This document shows positions 26,341 through 40,552 of a DNA stretch of 64,000 bases, one piece after another. The translations under genes were made by a program, and so were the position numbers. The DNA is from Octopus vulgaris (lineage: Eukaryota): positions 173,848,001-173,912,000 of the forward strand of contig OX597815.1 of assembly GCA_951406725.2 (NCBI GenBank). The letters run 5' to 3'. The notes below the pieces were generated by a model. The model searched no databases, was not told where the DNA came from, and saw nothing but the letters and a program-made list of their open reading frames with translations. Numbering within the stretch: the stretch's first letter is position 1; each line of letters begins with the position of its first letter.

Positions 26341-28244
26341 AACAAGTAAGCATAATTTTCTTGGAGAGGTACACTTCTAAAGAAGTGTCAATATTTTTTA
26401 AGGTCAGCATGTTTCAAATAGAATGCAATGATTAAGATTGAATAGGGTGAAGTAAAGAGGCTTTGGTCAAAAATGAGAAATGAGAGACATCTGCTATAAG
26501 GAACTGAAAAACAAATTAGCAATGGAAATTTTCTAAAAATCATGATTATCACAGCAAAATTTTATGGGAAATGGTATACTAAATCCAATAAGTTGTAAAA
26601 TTTTATAAGAACTTGCTTTTTTAATTCAAACAGATTTTCTATCTATTTTCTATTTAGCTGTACTCAAAGTTTGATACTAAGTAGGTGTGGAGCTAGAAGC
26701 ATCAGGTTTCGCTCATGAAAATATGCTGAATATATTAACCTTTAATACAACATTAACAGAAAACAATGTTGACAAATGTCCTTGTTATTGCATCTGAAAT
26801 ATATCTTCAAACACTTCACAGATCTTTGTCATAAAAACATTCATTAGAAAGGTCTATTTCTAAAGAGAAGTGGAAAGAAAAAAAACGTAAGCTTAAAATA
26901 GCTATAAAAGAAAAAGCACACTATCCAAAAACTTGGTCATTATCTACAAAAGTTTCAATGCTTTGCCTCTTTATCTGATAAATATAGCCTTTCAGTTTTT
27001 ACAATTTATCCAAGTGCAATGGTTTATGAGGAAAATATGGGAAATTCTATCAGGCAATAACTATTAAAAACCTTGATCTACTTTGAATCTAATAAATAAA
27101 TTTAAATATATATTTCACCATACTGGTTCCCTTCAAATTATTTAGCTTTTAGATATTTCTATTATTAACTTTATTAACTTTAATCTAAGGATTAGTCAAA
27201 AACTAAATCAACTAATATTTTAATGAAGCTAGTCCTGCCTTTATTACTATTTAACAAGCATATTTGTTCATTCAGATTTCACTAACTACTAAATCGTTAC
27301 GTCACTTCATTCTCCCAATAACCACTAGATGCAATATGTAGCCACTCTTAAATCATTTAAAGTTATCTTATACTTATCTCATTTTTTTTATCATCACACC
27401 TTTTCTCCATTTGCTCAAATTTTTCGGTCACACATCAAATAAACTTAATGATATTTTAAGTCTTTCTTTTTGTTAGAATGAGTGTAGATGAACATAATTT
27501 TCTGAATTCTTTTAGGATTTAAATATTTAACATAAAACCATTTAAATATAACATGAATGGCTGACGTAACTATGCTAGCATATATTTTTACTTCAATAAA
27601 GTTCCCAAGTAGGGAAAGTACCATATTCCTTTTTGCAAAACACTCTAAGTTCATTTAACAACTGCTATTCTTAACTTCATTAATCCAAACACATCTGTTG
27701 AGAATTATGTTTTGCTTCCAATAAGAAAAAAAGAAAATATTGATATTTCTCAAAATAAATTGGAAATTTACACATTAACACCTCATAACATTCATAATAA
27801 TTAAAATACAGAAGAAAGCTTCCAATTGATTTTGACACATTAGCAAAGTATTATTGGCCCAGATATATAGTTAAGAAAGAGTTATTTGCAATATTTTAAC
27901 AATGAAATACGAAGGGGCAGCATGCTTGTCACAAATTATAACTAAATGGAACTAAACAGTGGCATATCACAACTCTAAAAAGTAGAACAATAAATTCAAT
28001 ATTGAAAATGATATAGAAGGGAATTTTTTAAATGGTTATCAGAAACAAAATGCATGTAGAAGCAAAAATTCAGCTTCAAAGCATCAAGTTTAGAATATAT
28101 ATTTTTAAACTGAGCAACTGATGTCACTAACATGAAGTTATTTAAGATTTTGAATCAAAAGATAAAACTTTTATTAAACACAACTGTTAACATAATTTAT
28201 GCAAGAAGCATTAATACACTAAAAAGTAAACAATTTGTGATGAA

Positions 28245-28620
28245 GGCACAGTCATGGTTATGTGGTAAGAAGCTTGCTTCCCTACCACATGGTTCCAGAT
28301 TCAGTCCCACTGTATGGCATCTTGGGCAAACGTCTTCTATAGCCTTGGGCTGACCAAAGTGGATTTGGCAGATGGAAACTGAAAGAAGCCCATCGTATAT
28401 ATGTATCTGTGTTTGTCCCCCTATACTGCTTGACAACTGGTGCTGGTGTGTTTACATCCCATAACTTAATGGTTTGGCACACGAGACCAACAGAATAAAA
28501 CACAGGCTTTAAAAATATAAGTACTAGGGTTCGATATATATTTGACTAAAAATGCTTCAAGGTGGTGCCCCAGCATGGCCACAGTCTAATGAGTAAAACA
28601 AGTAAAGGATGAAAGATAAA
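28245..28620 (+). mobile_element. Full-length CORE-like SINE
   Basis: Head tggttatgtggtaagaagcttgc...ttcagtcccactg; tail gccccagcatggccacagtc...aaacaagtaaag. Confidence 0.9.
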
Positions 28621-29259
28621 AAAAAATAATTAGGCAATGACAAACATTATTTTCATTATTTCCACAAGTATTAGAAGACAACCCCAGGTTTCAGTTTTAT
28701 TATAAATTCATTAGGAATGTTTGTATTTTAACTAATATTCCTAACTTATTTTTAAAATGTTTGTATTAATATGTATCTGGAAATTAAATTTTCTTGCATG
28801 CACTAAAACTTTAAGTCCATCAGAAAAAATTGTTAGAGATGCTGAAAATGTCAAGTTAGGTTGGTGTCACATTAGAGACATTATTTTAATTACTCTATTT
28901 AGTTAAAGGCTTTACTCTCTAAATGTCTAATTCCCCAATCATCCTAAGACTTGAAAAGAACAAGTTAAACCACGCTCTGCAGAAGAAATGTAATAAAACC
29001 AAAAGAATTTCTTGCTCTGTCACTGCATTTTCCACAGATCATGCTCATTCCTCACTCTACACTCACATTCAACTTTTAATTAATATGAATTTGGAAGTTG
29101 CAGTCATTGCTTTTTTTCACAAGGATTATTATAAAATCTAATGATTTTTCTCTTTGTTACAGATTAGATTTAATTAAACATTTGTGGGGAGCTTACCAAA
29201 AGGGTTAATCCTACTTAATTCATGTATTTTATGTCAAACAAGAAAAATTAAGAATAATC

Positions 29260-30110
29260 AGCATGTGTGTTGTGGTGAATGACTGGTAGAGTGGAAATGG
29301 TGTGAGACTGGGGAGTCATTGCCAATCTAATGTCTCGGTGGCGTTCCATGAACCAGTCAGCCAAACTGCATCCCATTTGACTGAAGTACAGAGAAGGGTA
29401 GAAAGAGCGGGAGATACAGTAAATGACATTGCTAGAAGTGCAAGTAAAGGAGTCAGTGATATGATAAGGACGATAATGGGTGCCTGTGAGGATGGTAGTG
29501 TTGGAGAGTTAGAGGTGTGCATGGGAGCAGGGGAATGAGCCATGTTGGGAGGTGGGGGTTAAGAAAGAAAATGTGGACCAGGAGGTCACGCAGGTTGTGG
29601 GCTCATTTGAAAGAGGGAAGGGGTAGGTTGGGTATGATATGCAAGGTGGTGGGGCCAGACTGGAGTTGCTGGAAGGCTCAGAGAATGGGTCGTTGGAGGG
29701 GTGGTAGGTGAGGGGAAACAGGAGATGGGCAACAGTGGAGCAGGTGCAGGGAGAGAGAGCAGAGGCACAGTCCACGGAACATGCTCTGACAAGGGCTGTG
29801 TGGATAGTGGTGATGGGATATTCATGAAGGATGAAGTGGCGAGCCATGAGTTGAGACTGAGTCTCAAAGTCATGGCTGTCACTGCAAAGCCTGCGTAGAG
29901 GGAGGAATTGGGAGTAAGGGATGAAAAGCTTGGTGTGTGTAGGGTGGGAGGAAGAGAAATTAAGGTATGAGTGTAAGTTGGTGTGTTTGTAGTGGATGGA
30001 GGTAGTGAGAGTAGATGTTGACCAAAATGTTGAGAAATGCGACAGAGGTGTTGGAAATAGCGTAGAAAAATTTGAGGACAGGATGGAAGGATTGTACAAG
30101 GATTGCAGGA
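29260..30110 (-). mobile_element. Penelope-like element remnant (RT C-terminal region to GIY-YIG endonuclease)
   Basis: ORF 29509-30246 contains IHYKHTNLHSYLNFSSSHPTHTKLFIPYSQFLPLRRLCSD (PLE YRKPT...SSHP...IPYSQFLRLRRIC); downstream frame TCTSSNVIYCISCSLYPSLYFSQMG fits GIY-YIG. Confidence 0.85.
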
Positions 30111-30768
30111 GAATGTGGTCGCACTGATAGTCATTACTATAACAGCTGTGTGTGTGTATGCATGTGTATGTATATATATATATACATATATATAAAGAAT
30201 ACGAAAAATGGGACAGGAACGCAAAACATCCAGACAGATGATACAAAAAAGGGACAAGAAAAACAAGGAAGGGTCATTCGGAGTTTTCTTTCGTCAGTTG
30301 AGTTCCAGATTAAATTTGCAGTTTTGGCTGGTCACACACACACACATGTATATACATACATATATATATATAACTTTCACTTCACACCAATGCATTTGAG
30401 AAACTGTTATAATTCTTGGATAAAAGGTTTTAAGTATAATCAATTAGATGCATACATATAAAATTTCATATCTTCACATATTCATATATATGTATACAAC
30501 TACTAACATATATATATATATATATATATATAAGTTCAGCAAAATTTAGATTCAAATGAATATGGTACTTAAGTCAGATGCACCAGAATTTTGTACGGTG
30601 TTATCCATAACATGGAAATAAGTATATGTATTGATGGAAAACCTCTATGAATGGCTGATGATTGCTCAACATTTTAAAACTGATGTAATACTTACAATGT
30701 TTAATAAAATGATGTAGCATGAAACGATCATACCAAATTACCAAAGATATTCTTGTTGCTTACTTTGA

Positions 30769-30806
<38 letters not shown>

Positions 30807-31969
30807 TCCTCATTTGTTATAAAAATGTGGCAAGCTTTCAATTGTATAAAATTTAAGCTGTACCTTCATTAGAACCATTACCAATGAACAACCCTTATAC
30901 AAGCTTTTCATATGCATGGGTAATGAACAGCTTAGTTAATATTTGTTTTGATTTCTCACTTTCTTGATTCACTTCAGCTAATATCAACTTTGTCCTCAAT
31001 TACAAAATCTAGCTGTTTTCAAAGTTATTAACAGAATAATGGAAGCATAAACTACTCAAAACTGGTGAACTTCCAGATTATTGTAACCACTACTGCATTT
31101 CCAATTATACTTAATGTGAATGGTTGACTGAGTGGCATGCATGCAGTCAGAAATATTTATTGAATTCAAAATAGACTTAACATTGATTTTCTTCATAAAA
31201 AATCTTGACTAAAACATCTGAAGATCTATAATTTCTAACCTTATTTTTTTACAAGTACCTGTTTTCAGGCATTACATCACTTTATGCTTAAAACAATAAC
31301 ATTATACCTCATTCCTGTCTCACATTTCAGTAAAAGGTTCTGTCCTCTACTAATATCTACAGCTATTTAAAATAACTTTCCATTAATGAAAATGTTTACC
31401 ATATCTAACAAGATCCAGCAAAACATATTTAATCAAAATACAAATAATGCTTCTTTCCAGGAAAAATCATGGCATCAGTTTCAACAAACACCTTCCATAT
31501 TCAATGGTTTAAATACCATCATCTTTAATGAGAATTCAAAATTTGAATTTTTTTGTCTTGAGCAAAAATGCTTCACAGGATTAAGAGTAATTCCTGACCT
31601 TTTACATCAAATATATTCTTTGATCATTGGTATTCTAAACTGCATTCATTAGATTAGCAAAACCTCTCATACTAACACTTTTCAGATTATAACACTAGTT
31701 TTCCTCCAAACACAATCATGATTATAATCATGAAAAAATGCTAATATTCACAACCAGTAAGGACCTTCTTAGATTAAAAGGAAGATAAAGATAAATAGGC
31801 TTGGCACAGTTGTTACAGGTCAAAACTTAGTGTATTACTGTTTACACAAATGAAGCTCAGAACCAAGATCTGAATGTAGTAACTTGAGAAAATGTTCAGA
31901 GTAGGTAGTGGGAAGAGTTAGATGAATGTAATGAATATTGTTCAAAAGAAAGACATCTACCAGAAAATT

Positions 31970-32340
31970 ATCATCATTGTTTTAATGTCCACTTTTCCAT
32001 GCTTGCATTCAGAAGGAATGTGTTGAGACAGATTTTCTGAAGCTAGAATGTTATTCATGTCTCCAAGCTACTTCCCTGTGATTGGACATGTTTTCATAGA
32101 CAATTTAAAATGAATGACATTGCTTGAACAGTTATGACACTCCTTTGCAACTATCTCTTGATGTGAAGACAAGGATACATTGAGACATATTACACACAAA
32201 CAAACCCATATTGGTAGATGGAAACTGACAGAAGCATGCAATATGCATATGTGCATACAGACATAGGTCTCAGTTTCCATCCACCAAATCCACTCACAAA
32301 GTTTTGTCAGCCTGGGGCTATTGTAGATGACACTTGCTCT
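31970..32340 (-). mobile_element. Composite SINE (CORE-like head region plus RTE-like tail), decayed
   Basis: RTE-type tail catcattgttttaatgtccacttttccatgc followed by cagtttccatccaccaaatccactcacaa...gacacttgc; similar composite at 47130-47535. Confidence 0.7.
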
Positions 32341-33056
32341 TTTTGTCATACCTCCCAAGGGCTTTATCTTTTATCTTCTGAAGTATGTAACATAACTCAA
32401 TGTATTTCAAGCTTTCTACAAGGACTTAATATTCCAAATTATGAAGTTCTATTAGATCACTGTTGATGCACATCCTACAATCAGGTTTCCTGTAATGTGT
32501 TCTGAAGAAAGTTATCTAACTAATATACTGACCCACTCTTACTGAACATTTTCAATATGTAGAATATAATTATGCTGTCATATCTTTAATGCCTTAAAGT
32601 ACTGATTAGGTTCCATCTGTGTGTACATAATTTATTTCATAATTCTAAAATGGCAAGATAGTATTTAAAATTTTTTACACCTTTCTATAATGGTGAGTGA
32701 TAGAAATGGCGAGATGAAGTCAGCGTATCCGTTTTTGCTGATAAGTGAATGATTGGAGGGAAATGATGCATGCAATTTTTGGGAGGAAAGATAAAGCAAA
32801 GTATTCATAAGCGTACCTGAGGGGTTAGGTAGAATGGCAGTGATCAATGGTAGGAAAGAAGCATCAATAATATGGATAAATAAATATATATATATAGAGA
32901 AAGAGAGATAGAAAGAGAGAGAGACAGACAGCATGAGAATACCACCACAAACAGTAATATAAAGTACGTTAAACTAAACTAACATTTGTGATGAAGGCTA
33001 TATTTAAGCAAAGAATATGAGGTTTTGGAAAGAGGTTACTGAAAATTTCCAAGTAT

Positions 33057-33487
33057 AGGCACAGGCATGGCTGTGTGACAAATGCTGGAGTGGTTATGTG
33101 GTCAGAAGTCTGCTTCCCAACTACATTGTTCTGAGTGTAGCACTGTTGTGTGGCACCTTGGGGAAGTATCTTCAACGATAGCCTCAGGCTGATTGATCAA
33201 TGTGTTGTGAGTGGATTATGCAGATGGAAACTGAAAGAAGTTTGTCATATATATGTGTAAGTACATGCATACTCATGTGTGTGTATGTTTGTCTCACCAC
33301 CACCACTACTACTGGTGTTGGTTTGTTTACATCCCTGTAACTAGTTCAGGATAATAGACTGATAAAATAAGTTCCAGGCTTTAAAAAATAGTACTGGTGT
33401 TGATTCATTTGACTAAAATCCTTCAAGGAGGTGCCCCAGCATGGCCTGCAGGCCAATGACTGAAACAGGTAAATAATAAAAGATAAA
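33057..33487 (+). mobile_element. Full-length CORE-like SINE
   Basis: ggcacaggcatggctgtgtg head; ggcaccttggggaagtatcttc core; gtgccccagcatggcc...gactgaaacaggtaaa tail. Confidence 0.85.
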
Positions 33488-36400
33488 ATGTGTAGAAAGT
33501 ATGAATATAAGCAACATAATTTTGTCTTTGCTTCTTTGAGGTGTGTAGTATCTATATTTTTGTGATACTGCATTAGTGTTTAAATCATTTATTGCAGGAT
33601 ATTTTGGAGGTTTCCATTCATAGAAAATGTGCAAGGTTGGTAGAAGGTATTGAGATTTTATATGGACAAAGCCAACAATTTCAGTTAGAAGCAGTGTATA
33701 ATCATCTTTATCGGTGTCAGTGTGAGCATGGTAGGAAATGATAAATTGCTATAGTTGATGCAATTCTGGAAGCAAGTTACTAATCAAATTCATTTTGTAT
33801 AACATCCAGCAGATCAACATCACAATGAGCCATATTAAGTAAATCTGTTAGCTACATAAGGACGATATCAATGTTGATGCACAGTTATAAAGACTACTGC
33901 ATCAAAGTAATTTTAATCTAATGCATCAAAAATCATATTACTGATTTATTCAAAGAAATTTAATTTAATACAGAATCCAATTCCTTTCAGAGATTTTATT
34001 TTATAAACCCACGAGGAAGCCTCTATATGATTGTTCAATCTGCAGGAAATAGCAACGACATCTTCCTTAAACAATACCAAACCACCCTAAAATAGGACAT
34101 ATTAGATAAAGTAATCTGGGGGTTCACTATTCCCGAAAACATAAGATAGTCAAAGCATGAATGCCTTTGATCAAAGCTCTACATAGTCAGGGCCAGCTTG
34201 ATCTAAACAACAATGAAATGAGACTTATTAAGAAGTGTAAATTTTGAGAGAAAAATAAGAGTTATTTTCAACAGCTGAAACAGCTGATGAGCAAAGCATA
34301 TGAGCCTGATTGCTTCATTTTACATAGCTGACAAAAGTTGCTCTTTCTATAAGTAGTTAACTGCAAAAATGACATCTAGCTTCCAAAACAATAGTCTCAA
34401 TATCAAGGCCATAAAATTGTTATATTTCTGGCTTTCTGATATAAAAATCAATGGAAAGCTGATTTACTCAAATTGTTGTGTAATAAAGAGAATGAAGATC
34501 AGTACAAGCAAATTATCGGTTGAATGGATGGTAAAAGAGTTTGATATTGTTGAGAAGAATGAAGTCTAATCCTCATGGGAAAAAAATGTACAACAAAGAC
34601 TAAATTAAAGAAAATGAAACAAAGATCTAAATGGCAATTTGTTCCAATTTCTTTGGGAAAATTAATTAAATCCATAGATCAACCTACTATTGATTAAATA
34701 TTCATTCATTTATTTATCAGATTGCTATTTAGTTCCTATTTATTTATGAATGCTGGAACTACATGAAGTAAGTTTTAAAAATATGAATGTAACTTGAATG
34801 ATGAAATTAACTTTTGTGCTGATATGTCAAATATTATAAATTTATAACTAACAAATACTTTCTTAAATATTTATACAGTTAAATATTTTAAAGTTCCAAG
34901 ATAGTGTACCTCAAATATCTATAGTAAATTCCATCTAACACAGTTTTTAAACTTTTCACATAAAAAATATTTACAACCAAATATATATAAATATGAGTGG
35001 ACAAACGAAAGAAAGTGGCACTCAATACATTAAGTAGAAATTATATATATATATATATTTTTATTTTAAAACAGTTTGACCTGTTTAAAGTTTCATAGGC
35101 TTGTCATAGAAACCTAGCTTGCTGAGCTCAGGTAATCCGAACATTCCACCACACACACATGGATCTAAAAATTTTGGGATGGATTTTTTCTTTTGTTTTA
35201 ATGCAACCAAATCCATATCTAAAATATTTGAAATTGTCATTATTATTGCTTTCATTTAACAAATCAAACAGCCATTATTTTTCAAAGAGAATTAATATGA
35301 CCGCTACCAGTACATTACTGGTAATATATTAACTTGGAAAAAGCCTATGTGAATCTTAGAAGACATAAATGGACCTTGATATAACTGAGTGCAAGGAGAA
35401 CTCTTTAAATTACAATAAGCCATCTTCTCTGGCTATCTACTTACTTGGGTACTTTTAAATCTCTTAAATGATGCAATTATTAGTTAACCCTTATGAAACA
35501 AATGGAATAATCAATTAACTTACTATTTTGTGCTAAAAAGAAACAGCTATTCACTTCATACACACACACACACATTTCTCTATTCATATATATTTTACAA
35601 AGTTTTATGTAAGAACACCTTATTCCTTTCCGCATCTGTATAAATAGTTCTGCCTTCTTTAGTGTAGAAACTCTACTAGGTTTTGTATTCAAATGGTTAA
35701 TATATCAAATTGGCTGAAGTGATAATATATACGCAAACGCATCATAAAAAAGTGCTAAGATGACTTCCAATTTGTATACTAAGTTGCATTAACTCAAAGA
35801 CATCATAAACCCATTGGCAAATTGCCTAGTTTTCAAAAAATTACCGAATATAATTTTATCAGTACTTGTACTATCTGACTGTGCACTATAATCAGCTAAA
35901 TAAAATATATATGAAGAACTTTACAGTTTCTAAAATCCACTCAATATTGAATTATTGGGCAGCTTTATAAAGAAAGAATGTTCTCTATTGTGAACTTAGT
36001 GGCATTTTCTTTCTAAGCCAGTGAAGTAAGCTTTGTGTAGTAATATAGTTGATACCATTCTTCACTTCTCCTCAACCTTCTGCATACAACCTAAACACTT
36101 CATACTGAATTTGCACTACCTTTATGAACAATGGAAATTCAAAGCTCTAACAAAACAGTTTTGTATCTCATTCACATTATGACCAACAAACAATTCAAAT
36201 CCTCAAAGTTGTTACAAATGCTAAGCATCACAATTTATGGTAATGTCTCTTGGCAATGCCACCAATATAACAACATTGCATCATAAAGACTAAGATTCTT
36301 CTCAGATAAGTCAGCCAAATCGATTACTAACTCTTTGCAATACTCAAATGCATGGAGCAATCATGTTTTAAGCACTACTTCATAGCCAAATCATTTCCAC

Positions 36401-36779
36401 TCTCTGTCTCATCTAATACAACTATAATGATCTCTATTCTTCTAAACTAGCTGGCTACTACATAGCCCTCTGCCGAGACCATCCATCTCTTTTACTCTTG
36501 TAATCCTACTGAGATCCTCTACAAAACACTGTATAATCTTTTCTTCCTCAAATTGCAATCTGGAATTCTACTAAACTCCTTCAATATCTTTTCTTCAGGC
36601 ATTGACTGACAAATGTTCAAACTAATTATCAGCTGCATCAATATCATGAGTCTGGGAAGTTTTACAAAAATCAAGGGTACTTTTACTCTTCAATTCATAA
36701 AAAAATTAAACGATAGAATAGCATTCCTAAAGGAAACCTACTTCAAGTCTCTGACTAGTTCCTTGGATGGAACAAGATC

Positions 36780-37285
36780 ATTACCCAGGTACCATGGCAA
36801 TGGAACAGGGTGTGGATAATGTTATGAATGTTCAGCAGCAGGCTTAGAAAGACAAGTTGAAAGCAGACACAGGGTTTTCTTATAAACATGATGTTAGTAA
36901 GAGATTTGCTATGATGAGGATCAAAAGCTTCAGGTGCTTCAGATTGGAAGGAGTGTATTCTTAGGCATGTGTCAGTGAAGAGGAAGAAGCATGAAAGTAT
37001 AGTTATGAAATGTTTCTTAATGAAGAGTATCAACACCACAGCAAAAAATGTACCCCAAATTAAACCTACTGAGGTTAGCAAGGCAATCAAGGAAATGACA
37101 AAAGAAAGATGTGGGTTCATCAGGTATAGTCACTGAAATGTTAAAAGCATCAGAATGTACTTTTTGCATTAGTTACTTGTTTAAATAAGAAGCTAATACA
37201 TTATCATTGACAAGTTCTATAAAAGCAAAGAGTGCATTTAGGGGGTACAATCACAGAGGTTGCAAACTGATAGATCAAATTCTGC
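36780..37285 (+). mobile_element. Decayed RTE LINE internal fragment (upstream of RT)
   Basis: Remnants VSKAIKEM, GSSGIVTEMLKAS, YKSK and NHRGCKLIDQIL match KA.G.DG...E.LK and YK.KG....NYRGI.L. Confidence 0.7.
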
Positions 37286-39779
37286 AATATAATGAATATC
37301 AACCCAACATTTAAGTCTCTACATTGTTACTTGACCCACTAAAAATAGGTAATCCAAAATATATTATGTCTGAAAAGAAAAAGATGCAATGGTCACAGAT
37401 GGAATACCGCTGATCATACATCTTGCACAATCAGACGTATGATCAAAGTGGCTGAACTACAAAGTAATGAATACTGAAACAAAATTTTCACACAGTTGAT
37501 GATCAATTATATTAAATATGATTTTTTTATTTTTATAATGTATGCAATTTTAAAATAATGCATCCTTTGGGGGAAAATTCTTATGAGTTTCTTTGTATGA
37601 TTTTTTTTTATTAATTTGTTTGATTTTATTACTGACACATAACTTTAAAATCTCATAGGAATCTTGGAAAGCAAAATACAGAACTATGAGCTAATACTGG
37701 TACTTAAAGAAAAAAAAAATCTTAAACTTCTTTATTCCAAAGCAACTTTGTCTTTCATGATGCAATCGACAATATCCAAAAAACAGAGGTTCGTAACTGA
37801 CAAGCCACAGCACACTTACAAGTCATGGAGCTGTTTTCTATGAGCTGCAGGCCTTTTCTAAAACAATTTTCAAATTTAATGTATTAGGGCTTTTAGATAT
37901 TCTTTTCAAGAAAAAGGAGAGACATAATGTACATGTAGTCTATGGTTGAATGTGTAAAAGTTTAAAATGAGCCTTTACAAAACGAGAATGTTGATAACTA
38001 ATGTAGAAAGTAGTACTTCAGAATGGTCACAGTCCAGAGACTAAAATTAGTGAAAGAATAAGTAATTTTTTAAAAGTTTGAAAAAGTAACCAAAATTTAC
38101 AGTTAGTTCAGATAAGAAAAAAGTATATATTACATAAAAACCCATTAAAGATGATGTTAGCGTGGCCAGTCCAAATGATTGAAACAAGTGAAAGATGAAG
38201 ATCTTGACCAAAATAAACAAATGATGTTTTGTAGAAACAATTGATAAACTGCTTTAATCACAAATTCCATAAAAGACTTTTCCAGGGTGGGTGGGGAAAC
38301 AAACCTAAAGTCAGTTTTTGAAATACATTAGATTAAGTTCCAAAGTCATCATGTACATTTTAACTGCGTAATAGATCTTCCATAGCAGAAGAAATTCAAT
38401 TATCCATGTTAGAAATAGGCTCAAGCTAAAATACCATCTAAAAAAATTCTTCTGAAGGAAAGATAATGGAAATTAAATGGGGAAAAAATGGAATTGAATA
38501 TAGTTATGCAAAAGAAAAGATAAAAGTGAATGAGATTGATTTGTCTATACTGAGAGTAAATGATTTTTTTTTTCTGATGTTAATCAAGCATGTAATGGAA
38601 ATGGAATATTTTTCAGCTGTGTCAACAAAAGCAAGCAATATATTTCCTGTTGAATTATTTAGTGACCAACAGCAAAGTATTGCTTTATATAATTGAAAAT
38701 TAGACACTATTCATAATCGATAGTTGAGTTTATCATTAAGAAATACATCTGGTTGCAAATGTGAAAATCTGATGAATCATCTAATATGCTAAAAAAAGCT
38801 GTGGTGGAAAGAAAAAACTTGTTTCAACTATTCTACTATACACATTCTAAGCAATTTAACTCTCTTTGTACACCCACTGACAAAGCAAGATATGCATTCT
38901 TTTAAAAAGCTAACAATGTATTATATATTTACTTTATTTCCCCAAATTACATGGTTTGTTCACAATAACTAATTAAGACAGGCGTTAATAAAAGCAAAAT
39001 AACTTTTTTTAAAAATTCTTTTACTTAGCAACAGTTTGGCCAACATTGTTTACATCTCAGTGAATTGCTCACATTACAAAAAAATCTCAGTAGTTTGTAA
39101 ATATTTTACTACGATAAGCACACAAATGCCTAACTTGGAATCATTCTACCTAACACCAAAAGATTAATTTCTTTTACTTTTAATCATTCCGGAAATTGAT
39201 TAACATTTGTATCAACAGAAAGAAAATTCAATGCTTTATTTTCTCCCCTTTATACCTTCAATCACATTCCCTATAAATATCTAACATTAAAGACAGGAAT
39301 TTCATGGTATTCAATGTTTAGGGACAAGAAATGCGATGCTTCTAAATCACATAGTTACAGTGATTTCATATATGATTAGACTTGATGAACAAATCCCAAC
39401 ATGAAAATGACTGTGACAGTTCTGTTAATGTAATTGATTCTTTTATTTTATAAATATCAATTGCTATAGAATGGTGAAAACTTGCTTCAGAGGAAATCAG
39501 CATAATCTCTATTAAGTAATATAAACAAAGATTACATAAGGAACTAGTTGCTAGAACAGAAATTTGCCTTCATAATATAAGAAATATTGTATTGACCTCA
39601 AGATGTTTAGAAATCATATGAATGCCATTAAAAGGTTTTCAACATACTTTATCTATTACCTTCAAACAGTATGCTCCTAAGCTAACTTCTGACTTTTGGA
39701 AAATGTGGTCTAGAATATTAATGTAAATAGCATCACTGTCCAAGTGAGTAGTACTTTGATAAGAATTATATATATGCTT

Positions 39780-40140
39780 AGTGAAAGGTTATCACCTGTC
39801 CAAGAATAAAGCATTTTCTGACCCTGATTAGGAAGGTTATAATAGAGCATTGAAAAGTGATATTACTTGTAGAGGATTGTGTGTTGTTAAAAGTAACAGC
39901 AGGAAGGTAATTAACATACAGAAGGAAGAACACAAGAATTGTAATTGTGATTTGGAACAAACCATAGTTGATAGACTGTGAGACAGAAGAGTTCAGTAAT
40001 GAATGCTGTAAGGAAACACCAATTCTCGATAAGAGAGAGAGAGCTCTTAGGCAGACATCTTAACTGGAGGTTCTTCATGAGGTTTTGTTGAAGACAAGGG
40101 AAACACTATTGCTTTCACTGATATTAAAATGGGTGAGAAA
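39780..40140 (-). mobile_element. Decayed CR1-like RT fragment
   Basis: Minus strand INYGLF/Q...ILVFFLLYVNYLP resembles [21 protein letters not shown]. Confidence 0.45.
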
Positions 40141-40552
40141 TTGCGAGTACATGACATAAGGGGGATCTGATTCGACCTAGCTCTAAAAAAACTGAACAAA
40201 TAAAAATGAAAAGTTCGCATAGTGAAACTAAGTTAAAACATTAAAAAAATATTTTCCATTTTCCTTTTCAAAAGAATGCTTCTTTGCCTAGTGTATGAAG
40301 TGTATTCAGTCACTGATGTTATTAGTACTGTCATGTTTATTTTTAAAAATGAAATTCTGTTCAGATAGAATCACTCACATAGTAAGGGATATATGTCTTT
40401 AATATCTAGATATTGCAGTAGATCAGTATATTCAGAAGAGTGCTGACCATTTGCTTTGAAGTAATTATGGCCCTTTAAATTCTGAGTTCAAATCTCACCA
40501 AGGTAAACTCTACTTTTCATCTACCCAGGATTGGTAAAATAAAGTACCAATC

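Noticed and set aside
31386-31652. IIFNENSKFEFF resembling Tc1 VLFSDESKF
   Set aside because: Single weak motif with no supporting flanking motifs or TIRs
33780-33845. Possible exon LLNMAHCDVDLLDVIQNEFD linking MADEEEE to the 22972 exon in frame
   Set aside because: Weak splice signals; an in-frame fit is expected by chance across 27 kb
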